A stretch of DNA of 64,000 nucleotides from Bifidobacterium sp. (GCF_022647885.1 NZ_JALCLM010000001.1:1656610-1720609), one strand, 5' to 3'. Positions 50,397 to 61,318 are shown, counted from the stretch's first letter. Numbers and translations: made by a program. The notes: generated by a model from the letters alone, not told the origin.

Positions 50397-51815
50397 TTAC
50401 CGTGTGCTGTGATGATTACTACCGTTATCGCCATCCGTGTTGCTGCCGTCTGTCTGAGATGAGTGCAATATCTCTCGAATTCTTTCTAGTCTTGGTCCAA
50501 TTTCATGCTCATACCCACGGTCATTGGGATTGTAGTATTGTTGTCCGACCAGCTCATCAGGCATGTATTGCTGTGAGGCAACAGCACCTGGCGAATCATG
50601 TGCATATTGATATCCTTCATGGTTACCCCACGATTTCATCAATGCAGTCGGGGCATTTCGCAAATGCAGCGGAACCTGCCCGATTCTTCCTGCATCAACA
50701 TCGGCTAGGGCTTGGTTGATTGCCATATAACTAGCATTTGATTTAGGGGCAGTAGCTACAGCGATCACTGCTTCGGACAAAATAATTCTTGCCTCGGGCA
50801 TGCCTACCATGGCCACAGCTTGTGCTGCTGCAACAGTAGTTTGCAGTATCTGTGGTGCTGCCATGCCCACTTCCTCACAAGAGGCAATAATAATGCGTCT
50901 CGCAATAAATCGAGGGTCCTCCCCCGCTCGCAGCATACGAGCTAAATAATGTAAGGCTGCATCAACGTCTGAACCGCGCATGGACTTAATGAATGCGCTG
51001 GCCACGTCATAATGATCGTCACCTTTGCGGTCATAACGCACCGTAGCTATATCCATTACTTTAGAGACAACATCGGGTGTGATAACAGGTTTACGAGCAC
51101 CCTTTTTTCTCTTACTGTCGCCCGTCACAGCACCAGCTGCTGCTTCGAGTATTGTCAACGATTTACGTGCATCTCCACCTGCTAAACGAATGATTTCATC
51201 AATTGAAGCATCATCTGCCTTAACCTCATCAGCAAGACCTCGCTTGTCATGTAAGGCCCGCTCTATTAACAGCTGCAAATCCTCAACCTCAAGTGCCTCA
51301 AGTTTGACGACAACTGATCGCGATAGCAGTGGCGAGATTACAGAGAAACTTGGATTTTCAGTGGTTGCCGCGATAAATGTCACATCGCGGTTCTCAACGC
51401 TGGGCAATAAAGCATCTTGCTGAGATTTTGAGAAGCGATGTACTTCGTCGATAAAGAGTACTGTCTCTTTGCCTTCAGTAACCAATCGGTCATGAGCTCG
51501 TCGCAGTACGTCGCGTACATCTTTCACTCCGGAAGTAACAGCGGACAGCTCTTCGAATTCTCTACCGGACTGTCTAGCAACGATATACGCCAGCGTGGTT
51601 TTTCCTACCCCTGGAGGTCCGAACAAAATAACAGAACTCGGCGCTGTAAGGGAGCGGCGCGATGTTGCAGAGGCAAGCCGACGCAGAGGCGATCCTTCGC
51701 TTAATATCTTTGATTGGCCTAAGACCTCATCCAAGGAAGTAGGGCGCATCCTGACAGCCAGCGGTAAGGTGTGTTCGTCCGGCACATCAGCCATACCAAA
51801 CAGATCATCAACCAT
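50397..51815 (-). CDS. rarA: Replication-associated recombination protein A (AAA+ ATPase)
   Basis: PLAVRMRP, GPPGVGKTT, LFIDEVHRFSKSQQD, HYDVASAFIKSMRGSD, VPLHLRN. Confidence 0.95.
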   Translation of the reverse strand: MVDDLFGMADVPDEHTLPLAVRMRPTSLDEVLGQSKILSEGSPLRRLASATSRRSLTAPSSVILFGPPGVGKTTLAYIVARQSGREFEELSAVTSGVKDVRDVLRRAHDRLVTEGKETVLFIDEVHRFSKSQQDALLPSVENRDVTFIAATTENPSFSVISPLLSRSVVVKLEALEVEDLQLLIERALHDKRGLADEVKADDASIDEIIRLAGGDARKSLTILEAAAGAVTGDSKRKKGARKPVITPDVVSKVMDIATVRYDRKGDDHYDVASAFIKSMRGSDVDAALHYLARMLRAGEDPRFIARRIIIASCEEVGMAAPQILQTTVAAAQAVAMVGMPEARIILSEAVIAVATAPKSNASYMAINQALADVDAGRIGQVPLHLRNAPTALMKSWGNHEGYQYAHDSPGAVASQQYMPDELVGQQYYNPNDRGYEHEIGPRLERIREILHSSQTDGSNTDGDNGSNHHSTR

Positions 51816-52060
51816 AAAACCTCCCGCAAGTACTCCCGTACCTTATGCCTATCAACGTCATAACTGAGCTAGCACGAATAGCCACCAGCTGCGCTCGAAC
51901 ATCCGTTCTAATTATATCAATAGCGCTGTAGTTCACTCTGATAGCTATTTCAAGCCAAAAAACATCTCCACAGCACGCATGACATCACCACTGCACGCAA
52001 CATTGTGCGTAGGTGCATGATATGCGATACATAACTCAGTACGCTGCACTGAGAAGAAAT

Positions 52061-54685
52061 CTACTCGTGCTCTTCATCGAGAAGATCTTCTATTGCACCG
52101 ACACGATATGTAAGGAATACTACTTCTCCAGAATTCTGCGTTGCATCCAAATCAACTGTTCCAGCAATTCCCCAATCGTGGTCACCTTCAATATCGTCGA
52201 GAATCTGCCGCACTCGCCACATATGTTCTCTTCGCTCATCCGAGCGGTCTATAACAATGAACTCTTTACCTCTTGCAGCAGCATCGGTGTTTATCGCCTC
52301 ATGTGCGTCATACAGGTCATCAAGAGCTTCCTCCCAGCGATGCACTGGGTAACCCCAATCTCCGTCAAGGTCACCGAGTTGCTCTGGCTTATCGAAGGCA
52401 ATCAGTTGAACTCGGCGGAACATGGCATTACGAATGAGCAACTCCATACCTCGAGGATCAGCGAGCACATCACGTTGCTGTGGTGGCGCCGTGTGCAGAG
52501 CTTGACTATTGATATCTTCACTACCTGCCGATTCCCATTCGTCAACAAGACTGGAATCTACAGAACGTACTAGAAGACGCAACCAGGAAATAATATCGTC
52601 CAACTGTTCATCACGTTTATCTTGTGGGACAGTACGGCTCAGCGCACGATAGGCATCGGAAAGATAACGTAGCAGCGTTCCTTCAGAACGCGAGATTCCA
52701 TATCTAGCGATATATCCTGTGAAATCTGAAGCAGTTTCTACCATGTCTCTCACCACTGATTTAGGGCTCAGCCAGAAGTCATTCGCCCAGGGAACATCAG
52801 CTCGATACTGCGTGAAGGCAGCATCAAGCATCTCCTCCAGAGGCTTCGGGTATGTGATATCAGCAAGTCTTTCCATGCGTTCTTCATATTCGATGCCGTC
52901 AGCCTTCATTTCAGACACTGCCGCATCTTTTGCTTGGCGTTCCTGCGCTCTCAAAACCTGTCTTGGATCATCCAAAGTCGCTTCAACCATCGAAATTACA
53001 TCAAGCGCATAGTTTGACGATTGCTCATCAAGTAGCTCCAAGGCTGCCAACAGAAATGGTGACAGCGGCTGATCCAAAGCAAAATCATCTGGAATTTCGA
53101 TATTCATGAAATATTCCATGGACCCATCACGAAGCTTATCTGCATCAATTACCTCGCTATCAAGCAAGGTCGTAAATATTTCATCAGCTCGCTCATGCAG
53201 GTGCTCTTTCTGCGATGGAGTCTGCTGTGAATCATCAATTAATTCATTGATCCTGCTACGTGCGTCTCCTCCCTGCACTACTTCACTGAGAACCATAGAA
53301 TGAGTGATATTCAGGTGGGGAACTAAGGTCTCGGGCTCAGAGTGAATGAGCTTGTCAAATGTTGCATTATTCCATGTCACAAAACCGTCAGGAGCCTTCT
53401 TGCGCTTGACACGTTTGAGTTTTTTCGGATCATTGCCAGCTTTTGCCACAGCTTTGGCATTCTCAATCTCGTACTCCGGTGCTTGCGCAATCACCAACCC
53501 ATGAGTGTCAAATCCCATCCGCCCTGCTCGACCAGCGATTTGATGAAACTCGCGGGATTTTAACCGCCTCATACGATGACCATCATATTTAGTGAGCCCA
53601 GTGAGTACCACCGTGTGAATTGGTACATTAATTCCCACCCCTAAGGTGTCAGTACCACATATAACAGGCAATAGACCCTGTTGGGCTAGCTGCTCAACCA
53701 AGCGACGATATCTGGGAAGCATTCCCGCATGGTGAACCCCAACACCAGTGCGTAGTAGGCGCTGCAAGATTCGTCCAAAAGCTGTAGTGAATCGAGTACC
53801 CACCATAGCTTCCTTGATGCGTTCTCGTTGCTGCTTATCCGATATCCCACTATTCGACAGTGCCTGCGCCGTCTCTAATGCTGCATCTTGGGCAAAGTGG
53901 ACAATATAAATTGGTGCGTTTTCTTGACGTATTAATAATTCCACTGTTGCGGGCAGAGCAGTCTCCACATACTCATAACTCAGGGGTACTGGTCGCGGCG
54001 CATCAGCAATGACATCAACAGCACTGCCAGTACTCTTCTCCAAAGAGCTAGCAATATTGCTAACATCACCTAGGGTTGCCGACATGAGCAGGAACTGTGT
54101 TCTAGGCAATGTCAACAGTGGTACCTGCCAAGCCCACCCTCGTTCTGGATCACCGTAGTAATGGAACTCATCCATGGCAACACAGGAGACCTCTGCTCGC
54201 TCTCCTTCACGAAGTGCCTGGTTTGCTAAAATCTCAGCCGTACAACAAATAATCGGCGCATCGGTGTTGATATGAGTATCGCCCGTAATCATGCCGACGT
54301 TATCTCTGCCAAAAATCTTCATCAAATCGAAGAATTTTTCACTGACCAAAGCCTTAATCGGCGCCGTGTAATACGACACTCTCCCAGTACACAAAGCTGC
54401 GAAATGCATCCCTAATGCAACTAAGGATTTACCCGAACCGGTAGGCGTATTGAGCACCACATGGTCTCCGGACAATAAGCTAAGCATGGCATCCTCTTGA
54501 TGAGGCCACGGGGTAATACCACGAGATTCCACCCATCTGAAAAAGCGCTCATAAATATCGTCAGCATTCAGGTTTCTTGCTTCATGCCCAATATCAGGAA
54601 GCAACTGAGACAAGGAAAGGCTCTCTTGCTTCTCTAATGCATCATTATCGCTACGATGTTCGTCACTCAATCCGGCAGACTCCAT
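52061..54685 (-). CDS. Ski2-like DEAD/DEAH helicase with DUF3516-type C-terminus
   Basis: TPTGSGKS, YTAPIKALVSEK, MDEFHYY, MSATLG, GTDTLGVGINVP, QIAGRAGR. Confidence 0.9.
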   Translation of the reverse strand: MESAGLSDEHRSDNDALEKQESLSLSQLLPDIGHEARNLNADDIYERFFRWVESRGITPWPHQEDAMLSLLSGDHVVLNTPTGSGKSLVALGMHFAALCTGRVSYYTAPIKALVSEKFFDLMKIFGRDNVGMITGDTHINTDAPIICCTAEILANQALREGERAEVSCVAMDEFHYYGDPERGWAWQVPLLTLPRTQFLLMSATLGDVSNIASSLEKSTGSAVDVIADAPRPVPLSYEYVETALPATVELLIRQENAPIYIVHFAQDAALETAQALSNSGISDKQQRERIKEAMVGTRFTTAFGRILQRLLRTGVGVHHAGMLPRYRRLVEQLAQQGLLPVICGTDTLGVGINVPIHTVVLTGLTKYDGHRMRRLKSREFHQIAGRAGRMGFDTHGLVIAQAPEYEIENAKAVAKAGNDPKKLKRVKRKKAPDGFVTWNNATFDKLIHSEPETLVPHLNITHSMVLSEVVQGGDARSRINELIDDSQQTPSQKEHLHERADEIFTTLLDSEVIDADKLRDGSMEYFMNIEIPDDFALDQPLSPFLLAALELLDEQSSNYALDVISMVEATLDDPRQVLRAQERQAKDAAVSEMKADGIEYEERMERLADITYPKPLEEMLDAAFTQYRADVPWANDFWLSPKSVVRDMVETASDFTGYIARYGISRSEGTLLRYLSDAYRALSRTVPQDKRDEQLDDIISWLRLLVRSVDSSLVDEWESAGSEDINSQALHTAPPQQRDVLADPRGMELLIRNAMFRRVQLIAFDKPEQLGDLDGDWGYPVHRWEEALDDLYDAHEAINTDAAARGKEFIVIDRSDERREHMWRVRQILDDIEGDHDWGIAGTVDLDATQNSGEVVFLTYRVGAIEDLLDEEHE

Positions 54686-54818
54686 TTCTGTGCTGTCGCT
54701 GGCACTCTAGACAAAGCATGCTCTAAACAGCGCGATCAGCCTCACACCATAGTAGAGATGGTGTGATGTTCAACAACCTTCTCTTGCAGTGTATCCTCTA
54801 CACCATTGACACTCATGC

Positions 54819-55862
54819 TCACTGTGTTGATTGAGGAGCAGGGCCAGAGGTACCTCGCAAAATTAGTCTGGTGCCCACCAACGCATGAGGTTGTTCCATT
54901 CTCAGATGATTCATGAGCTGTATGGCTTGTTTCCCTGCCATTCTTGCCATATGAACAGGGTCTTGGTGGATGGTCGTCAAATCCGCGACCGGAGCAATTC
55001 TGCTGTCGTCAAAACCGATAACTGTCATGTCCTCAGGCACTCTGATACCAAATTTGCGAAGCCGTGCTATTAAAGCCACCGCGAAATCATCTGTTTCAAC
55101 GCAAACTGCTGTCGGTCGTTGAACTTGTGCCAATAAATCTGCCAATACAGACGACACTGCGGCATCGATAGAATATTCGCCCTGCTGTGCTTCTGCCTCC
55201 AACATCAGTATGTCCTGAGAGCCATACCCACACTCTTTTGACGAATCTAGAAATGACTTCGATCTCAACTTCACACTGAACGCGAATTCAAGGTCAGATG
55301 GTTGCCCCACATAAGCTAAGCGGCGATGCCCAAGCGAGCGCAGTAGCTGCACAGCTTCTTTCATTGCTTGGCGTTCATCAAGGCGCACCGAGGCATCGTA
55401 CCCATCGTGCGTACGTGAATCGAGCCCTATTGTAGGAATCGTCAGACCTTCAAGAAGTTCAAGCTTCTCTTTATCTAGATCAAAGGATGTCACAATGAGA
55501 GCATCCGCATTCCTATTGCCCGGCAATAGCTCAAAATACCGGTCTTGAGACTGCTGGTCTGGTGTGATTAACGGTACGATGTCATATCCAGCGGGTGCTA
55601 AAGCCTCATAAGCACCTTGCATAACCGAAGCATTGAACCATGAGTTCACAGGCCCAGCAAAGAGCATTGTTACTCGCATGGTTCTTCCAGAAGCTAGTGA
55701 TGAAGCACTGCGTGAAAAAGTGAAGTGCAAACGCTGTGCAGCTTCTTCTACGCGAGTTCTGGTACCTGGATCAACACGATTTAGTCCTCGCAATGCTCTT
55801 GACACTGTTGAGTCGGAAACCCCTGCTTCAATGGCGACATCGTGTATGGTCATTCTCGCCAC
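54819..55862 (-). CDS. LacI family transcriptional regulator (MalR-like position)
   Basis: TIHDVAIEAGVSDSTVSRALR, VPEDMTVIGFDD; divergent from the GH13 gene. Confidence 0.92.
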   Translation of the reverse strand: MARMTIHDVAIEAGVSDSTVSRALRGLNRVDPGTRTRVEEAAQRLHFTFSRSASSLASGRTMRVTMLFAGPVNSWFNASVMQGAYEALAPAGYDIVPLITPDQQSQDRYFELLPGNRNADALIVTSFDLDKEKLELLEGLTIPTIGLDSRTHDGYDASVRLDERQAMKEAVQLLRSLGHRRLAYVGQPSDLEFAFSVKLRSKSFLDSSKECGYGSQDILMLEAEAQQGEYSIDAAVSSVLADLLAQVQRPTAVCVETDDFAVALIARLRKFGIRVPEDMTVIGFDDSRIAPVADLTTIHQDPVHMARMAGKQAIQLMNHLRMEQPHALVGTRLILRGTSGPAPQSTQ

Positions 55863-55938
55863 TGTTTTCTCCTTAACTCATATGACATGAACCATCCTCA
55901 GCTCACATTGCCATACTCATCATAACTTGTGAAAATTC

Positions 55939-56016
55939 TGCAAGCGCATTTACATGTAAATTCATTGAAAAATCAATCATTAACGCACTTAATTGCATTA
56001 TTCTGTGCAAGCGCTA
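55939..56016. promoter_or_regulatory. Two LacI-type operator candidates
   Basis: TGCAAGCGCATT at 55939 and TGCAAGCGCTAT at 56006 in the divergent LacI/GH13 intergenic region. Confidence 0.5.
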
Positions 56017-56093
56017 TTATTCTTCTTGACGCAAGAAAATTCTGCTTAACAGCAGGCTGAGCACACCTAATAGTTGTCAATGAGGAGAACGCG

Positions 56094-57938
56094 ATGGAGA
56101 CATCAACCACAACCAACACATCACAAATTAACACCGCAACATCCCCACTGTCTGACGCGTGGTGGAAACAGGCTGTGGTATATCAAATTTATCCTCGCTC
56201 CTTTAAAGACACCACAGGCTCTGGGCTCGGTGACATCGCAGGCATCACCAGCAAAATTGGGTATCTTAAACAGCTCGGCGTTGATGCTATATGGCTCTCA
56301 CCGTTTTATCCCTCAGAGCTTGCCGATGGCGGTTACGACGTAGCTGACTATCGTAATGTTGATCCCAAACTCGGATCTATGGATGATTTTGATGAACTTG
56401 CAAACACAGCTCATCAGCAGGGCATCAAAATCGTTGTAGACATCGTGCCGAATCATTCTTCCGATCAGCACCCTTGGTTTCAAGAAGCATTACAAGCGGA
56501 ACCAGGATCACCTGCACGAAATCGATATATCTTCCGCAACGGCCGCGGTGAACACGGCGAACTGCCACCGACCCAGTGGATCAGCAGTTTTGGCGCTCCT
56601 GCTTGGACAAGGGTTTCTGACGGACAATGGTATCTGCATATGTTCGCCAAAGAGCAGCCTGATTTCAATTGGGATAATCCCGAAATCCGAGAGGACTTCC
56701 TCAAGACTTTGCGCTTCTGGAGCGATCATGGCGCCGATGGTTTCCGCATCGATGTAGCTCACGGATTAGCGAAAGATCTAGACAGAGATGACCTCGATCA
56801 GTGGAGTATTAATAACGACACACTCCCAAGTGATGGAAGTCATCCACTCTATGATCGAGACGAAGTACACAATATATACCGCTCCTGGCGCAAAGTGTTT
56901 AATGAATATAATCCGCCACGATTTGCCGTAGCTGAAGCTTGGGTAAATCCACAGCGTCAGCACTTGTATTCAAGCCCCGATGAACTTGGGCAGATATTCA
57001 ATTTCGAATTTGCCAAGAAAAACTGGGTTCGCGATGAGCTCCATGAGGCTATTGAGGATGGTATTGCACAAGCCGAGCGCTCAGGCTCAACCTCTACTTG
57101 GGTAATGAGTAACCACGATGTGCCACGTCATGCCTCTAGATATGGTTTGCCACAGGTCCCTGCTCGCCAGCATCACCGTCTCGCAGCAGATTGGATTCTT
57201 CGCAATGGTGGTTCATATTTCGAAGATCGAGAGCTTGGTAATCGTAGGGCAAGGGCAGCTATACTCCTTGAGCTTGCGTTGCCCGGATCGACTTATATTT
57301 ATCAGGGTGAAGAACTTGGTTTGCCAGAGGTCCCAGATCTACCTTGGGATGCCTTGGAAGATCCAGAAGCCCAAGGGACATCACGCACAGGCATGGTCAA
57401 GGGTCGCGATGGATGCAGAGTTCCACTGCCATGGATTGCTGAAGACTCCCCTATCCTCGATGCTGAGGTGCCGGCTGTCCAAGGCATTTCACATTTCGGA
57501 CATATTGATGAACGCAGTGGTGCAGGTTCATTTGGTTTTTCACCAAAAATGCGCACAGATGGTGTCACAACAAGCGCAGAACCTCACTTACCGCAACCTG
57601 ACTGGTTCGCTCAGTATGCCGTAGATCGCGAAGAATCAGATGAACATTCGATGCTGTCCTTATACCGCACAGCGCTTGAACTGAGACATAATCATCAGAT
57701 CTCGGATGCTACTGTGACATGGCTTGAGGATATTGATCAATCTTCCAATGAACGCGATGGTGCCGATGGGCAAGTTGGCGGAGCAATCGCATACCGTAGA
57801 GCAAATGGTTGGGCAAATATCACCAACTTTAGCGATCACGATATTGCGCTGCCTGATGGAGAGCTTCTGCTCTCCTCAGCACCACTACATGACGGTCAAC
57901 TTCCGCAAGATACTTCCGTTTGGATGATGTTGAGATAG
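56094..57938 (+). CDS. GH13 alpha-glucosidase / oligo-1,6-glucosidase
   Basis: VVYQIYPRSF, DIVPNH, GFRIDVAH, VAEAW, SNHD, YIYQGEELG, GRDGCRVPLPW. Confidence 0.93.
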   Translation: METSTTTNTSQINTATSPLSDAWWKQAVVYQIYPRSFKDTTGSGLGDIAGITSKIGYLKQLGVDAIWLSPFYPSELADGGYDVADYRNVDPKLGSMDDFDELANTAHQQGIKIVVDIVPNHSSDQHPWFQEALQAEPGSPARNRYIFRNGRGEHGELPPTQWISSFGAPAWTRVSDGQWYLHMFAKEQPDFNWDNPEIREDFLKTLRFWSDHGADGFRIDVAHGLAKDLDRDDLDQWSINNDTLPSDGSHPLYDRDEVHNIYRSWRKVFNEYNPPRFAVAEAWVNPQRQHLYSSPDELGQIFNFEFAKKNWVRDELHEAIEDGIAQAERSGSTSTWVMSNHDVPRHASRYGLPQVPARQHHRLAADWILRNGGSYFEDRELGNRRARAAILLELALPGSTYIYQGEELGLPEVPDLPWDALEDPEAQGTSRTGMVKGRDGCRVPLPWIAEDSPILDAEVPAVQGISHFGHIDERSGAGSFGFSPKMRTDGVTTSAEPHLPQPDWFAQYAVDREESDEHSMLSLYRTALELRHNHQISDATVTWLEDIDQSSNERDGADGQVGGAIAYRRANGWANITNFSDHDIALPDGELLLSSAPLHDGQLPQDTSVWMMLR

Positions 57939-57955
57939 CATCACAGCAGTCAAAA

Positions 57956-58083
57956 ACGTTTGTGTAGGGATTTTTACTGAGACCAAGAGTATCTGTGCCA
58001 CACGTCATTTTTAGAATGGCGTTATTGCAGTCTTTTGGCCCGATATCCGAGGGTTATCTACTTTGGTATCCCTACACAAACGT
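57956..58083. repeat. Dispersed element with conserved terminal inverted repeats, copy 4 (128 bp)
   Basis: Perfect 16-bp ACGTTTGTGTAGGGAT / ATCCCTACACAAACGT. Internal dyad ACGTCATT (58002-58009) / AATGGCGT (58015-58022), 7/8. Confidence 0.85.
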
Positions 58084-58130
58084 AAATCATATGGTTATTG
58101 AACGCCTGAAGTCTTCAACAATGCAATTTT

Positions 58131-59132
58131 TCACTCAGAAGCCAACCTCTGGCGAGCCTCATCAAGGTCGAAAGTAGCTTTCGGCCACTGCAGCTGCATG
58201 CCTTGCAGCGTGGACCGCAACATTTGCGAAACTACAGCACGCGAGTACCAGCGCTTATCTGCCGGAACCACATACCAGGGTGCAACATCCGTTGATGTTT
58301 CCTGAAAAACTTCCTGCCAGGCATCCATATATTCAGGCCAACGTTCCCTAGCGTCCAAATCACTTTCTGCAAATTTCCAGTGCTTTGTTGGATCATTAAG
58401 ACGCTTAATAAAACGCTTTCGCTGCGCTTCTTTGCTGGTAGCAAGAAAGACTTTGATAACTGCACAGCCATCATCAACCAGATGCCGCTCAAAATCGCGG
58501 ATGATACTGTATCTGCCGCGCCATACTGACGGCGGGTAGGTGTCATAAATGCGCGGCATTACGATATCCTCATATTGCGAACGATCGAACACTGTCATCC
58601 ATCCAGGCTTTGGCAATTCGCGCCTGACTCTCCATAAAAAGTCATGCTGCAACTCTTGTGGAGTTGGAGCGCCAAAACCATGATAGTGAATCCCCATAGG
58701 GTTCACTTGGCTGAACACATGTTGCACGATTCCACCCTTGCCGGAAGCGTCCATACCTTGAAGGATCAGCAAGAGTCTGCGTTTTGAACCCACGGCACCA
58801 TTGGCATACAACAGATGTTGCAAACTCATGATCTCATCGGAACTCAAGGAAATAAAACGCTTACCGTCTGCCTTCTTGCCCGGAAACCCTGGTGTAGCTG
58901 ATTGGTCCATTTCTGCCAATTGCACACTTGAGTTGAAACGCAATAAATCACTTGGATCAGCGTCCCAAATTGAACTTAGTTCTTGTGATCGTTCGATTGT
59001 GGAACCAATATCATCTGTATCTTTGAGTGTTATATCGCTATGGGTAGCATGATGCTCTTGTCTATTTACTGCATGCAAAATTTGATGAGTTCGTATTTCA
59101 CTCGAGGCTCTATTCTCAGTGAGTTTTGCCAT
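58131..59132 (-). CDS. ppk2: PPK2 family polyphosphate:nucleotide phosphotransferase
   Basis: LQGMDASGKGG, HDFLWR, VFDRSQYED, WYVVPADKRW. Confidence 0.9.
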   Translation of the reverse strand: MAKLTENRASSEIRTHQILHAVNRQEHHATHSDITLKDTDDIGSTIERSQELSSIWDADPSDLLRFNSSVQLAEMDQSATPGFPGKKADGKRFISLSSDEIMSLQHLLYANGAVGSKRRLLLILQGMDASGKGGIVQHVFSQVNPMGIHYHGFGAPTPQELQHDFLWRVRRELPKPGWMTVFDRSQYEDIVMPRIYDTYPPSVWRGRYSIIRDFERHLVDDGCAVIKVFLATSKEAQRKRFIKRLNDPTKHWKFAESDLDARERWPEYMDAWQEVFQETSTDVAPWYVVPADKRWYSRAVVSQMLRSTLQGMQLQWPKATFDLDEARQRLASE

Positions 59133-59208
59133 ATAATTTGCCCCCTAGACCTTATATTAGGCAGCGCAAATAGTACCAAGGTCAATATTTATGCACTATT
59201 CATGCGCA

Positions 59209-59730
59209 CTACAATGAGTCACCGCTACCAATCTCAGGTTCTTCCCCTTCAAAATATGCCTGAAGCACGATTGTCGTTTGTGTCGAAACCGGAACAGTCT
59301 GATGAATCAGTGTCAACAGATTCTCTAATGCCCTTGGCGATGCAACCCTGACGAACAGCATGAAGCTTGGAGAGCCTGCGACAGAATAACAGGAAACAAT
59401 GCCATTGATTCCTCTGAGCTTCGTAGGAATCGAGTCTTCTTCTGAATAATCAAGCGGAGTAACAGCTATATAAGCAGCAATAGCCAATCCGACCTTCTCA
59501 TAGTCAACAATGGCCCTATACTGTTGAACCACGCCAAGTCGTTCCATTTTCTGAATCCGCGATTGTACGGCTGAAACAGACAGCCCTATTGATTGCGATA
59601 ACTGCGAAAGCGTGATGTGGCCATCATCAACTAGAGCGTTAAGTATCCGTTGATCCAATTGATCAAGTTCGCGCTGTTTTCCAGCCACAGTCTTTCCATC
59701 ATCCATGACACCCATGCTACCCAACAACAA
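59209..59730 (-). CDS. Lrp/AsnC family transcriptional regulator
   Basis: LDQLDQRIL.AL..DG...LS.LS..IGLSVSAVQSRI..ME. Start may be at 59706. Confidence 0.9.
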   Translation of the reverse strand: MLLGSMGVMDDGKTVAGKQRELDQLDQRILNALVDDGHITLSQLSQSIGLSVSAVQSRIQKMERLGVVQQYRAIVDYEKVGLAIAAYIAVTPLDYSEEDSIPTKLRGINGIVSCYSVAGSPSFMLFVRVASPRALENLLTLIHQTVPVSTQTTIVLQAYFEGEEPEIGSGDSL

Positions 59731-59879
59731 TACGGAGAGATGAATTCGACGCTATTGCTGTCAAAACCGCCATGAAAACCGCAGTGTCGCCGATATTAGA
59801 CCAAGACAGGTAATTGCCCAACCGCTGTGAGCAGTGGTATCACTCAACGATAGCTTCACGCACCATCTCGCAATCAGAG

Positions 59880-61088
59880 TTACCGTGCCACATAGCTAGT
59901 TCGAGACATATTGTCGGCAAATTCGCTCATTCTCGAAACACCTTCCGCAATTGACTCACCATCACCCGCATAGGACACCCTGACGAAACGTTGAGTCGTA
60001 TCTGAAAAAGCCTCCCCCGGCACGACGGCTACATGAGACTCATGCAGCAGACGACTACTAAACTCAACATCACTCAAACCTGTTGCACTGATATCAACGA
60101 GAACATATAAGGCTCCTTCTGGTTTCATCGGTTTTAGCATCTGGGAACCTTGCAGCGCATGTAAAACCAACGATCGCTTCTCAAAACTGCCTTCTCGCCG
60201 TGCAGCAATATCTTGCTGCGGATGCAACAACGCTTGGGTTGCAGCACGTAAGGCTGGGGTATTCACCGATGAATGCAATGATTCAGCAATCTCCGAAGCC
60301 CGTTCTATAAAGTCTTGTGGTGCAAGCAGATAACCAATTCTCCAACCAGTCATGCCGAAAGATTTGGACATGCTTTCAACTACTACAGTGCGATCATGCA
60401 TACCAGGAACAGCAGCAATACTAGGAGCCACACGAATTGAACTGTCATAGACGAATGGGTGATATACCTCATCAGAGATAGCCCACAGGTTATGAGCCAC
60501 ACACACCTGGGCAATCTGTGCTAATTCATCATAAGAAGTCACAGCGCCGGTAGGATTCCCAGGCGAATTAATCACGATGGCTCGTGTGCGGGGAGTTATC
60601 GCAGCTTCTATATCTTGGGCAGCGTAGTGCATCTGATGCTCTGGTTTGAGCTGTACATGCACTGGTTTCGCTCCACAAAGGAGCACCTGAGCATCATAAG
60701 CGGGGAAAGCGGGCGTACACACAATGACTTCATCACCTGGGTCGAGTAATACTCTCATGCTCAGGAACAAACCATATGTTGCTCCTGGAACCGCACAAAC
60801 TTCGGTCTTGGGATCGTATACCAAATCTCTCGCCATACGCTCATAATCAGCTGCAACTTCACGAAAATCGTCGCTCCCGAGGACATCTGTGTAATGGGTA
60901 TCCCCAATTTCAATAGCATTTTCGCCTGCTTGTGCGACCACATCAGATGCCGTATCACTAGGTTCACCAATTGCTAATGAAATCACATCCGCAATTTTTC
61001 CTGCTTCATCAAAAACATCACGAATGCCGGAACGAGGTGTTTGCATCGCCGTATGCGACAACCTCGTATGCGCTAGCTGAAAAGTCAT
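59880..61088 (-). CDS. PLP-dependent class I/II aminotransferase
   Basis: SLAIGEP, INSPGNPTG, ISDEVY, SMSKSFGMTGWRIGY, VVPGEAF. Confidence 0.93.
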   Translation of the reverse strand: MTFQLAHTRLSHTAMQTPRSGIRDVFDEAGKIADVISLAIGEPSDTASDVVAQAGENAIEIGDTHYTDVLGSDDFREVAADYERMARDLVYDPKTEVCAVPGATYGLFLSMRVLLDPGDEVIVCTPAFPAYDAQVLLCGAKPVHVQLKPEHQMHYAAQDIEAAITPRTRAIVINSPGNPTGAVTSYDELAQIAQVCVAHNLWAISDEVYHPFVYDSSIRVAPSIAAVPGMHDRTVVVESMSKSFGMTGWRIGYLLAPQDFIERASEIAESLHSSVNTPALRAATQALLHPQQDIAARREGSFEKRSLVLHALQGSQMLKPMKPEGALYVLVDISATGLSDVEFSSRLLHESHVAVVPGEAFSDTTQRFVRVSYAGDGESIAEGVSRMSEFADNMSRTSYVAR

Positions 61089-61318
61089 GGTCCCTCCACA
61101 TATATAATCGAATGAAGTATATGCGAAGAATTTACATCATATATCGAACATTCACGTAAATTTTGTCGAAACTCTCAGTATTTTTTGATTTTTTTACCAT
61201 GAATTCCGCTATCACGCACGCTTGAGCATTCAGCACGATACAGACCAACACGGGGCACCCAACACCGCATACACCGTCGCTGTGTTGCACACCAGTCATG
61301 TTGGTCTTGAAATTACCT

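Noticed and set aside
9541-58083. The four elements as a CRISPR array or integron attC sites
   Set aside because: The repeats are inverted and dispersed rather than direct and tandem. No cas or intI gene is seen, the ends lack the RYYYAAC/GTTRRRY consensus, and several neighbours are core genes.
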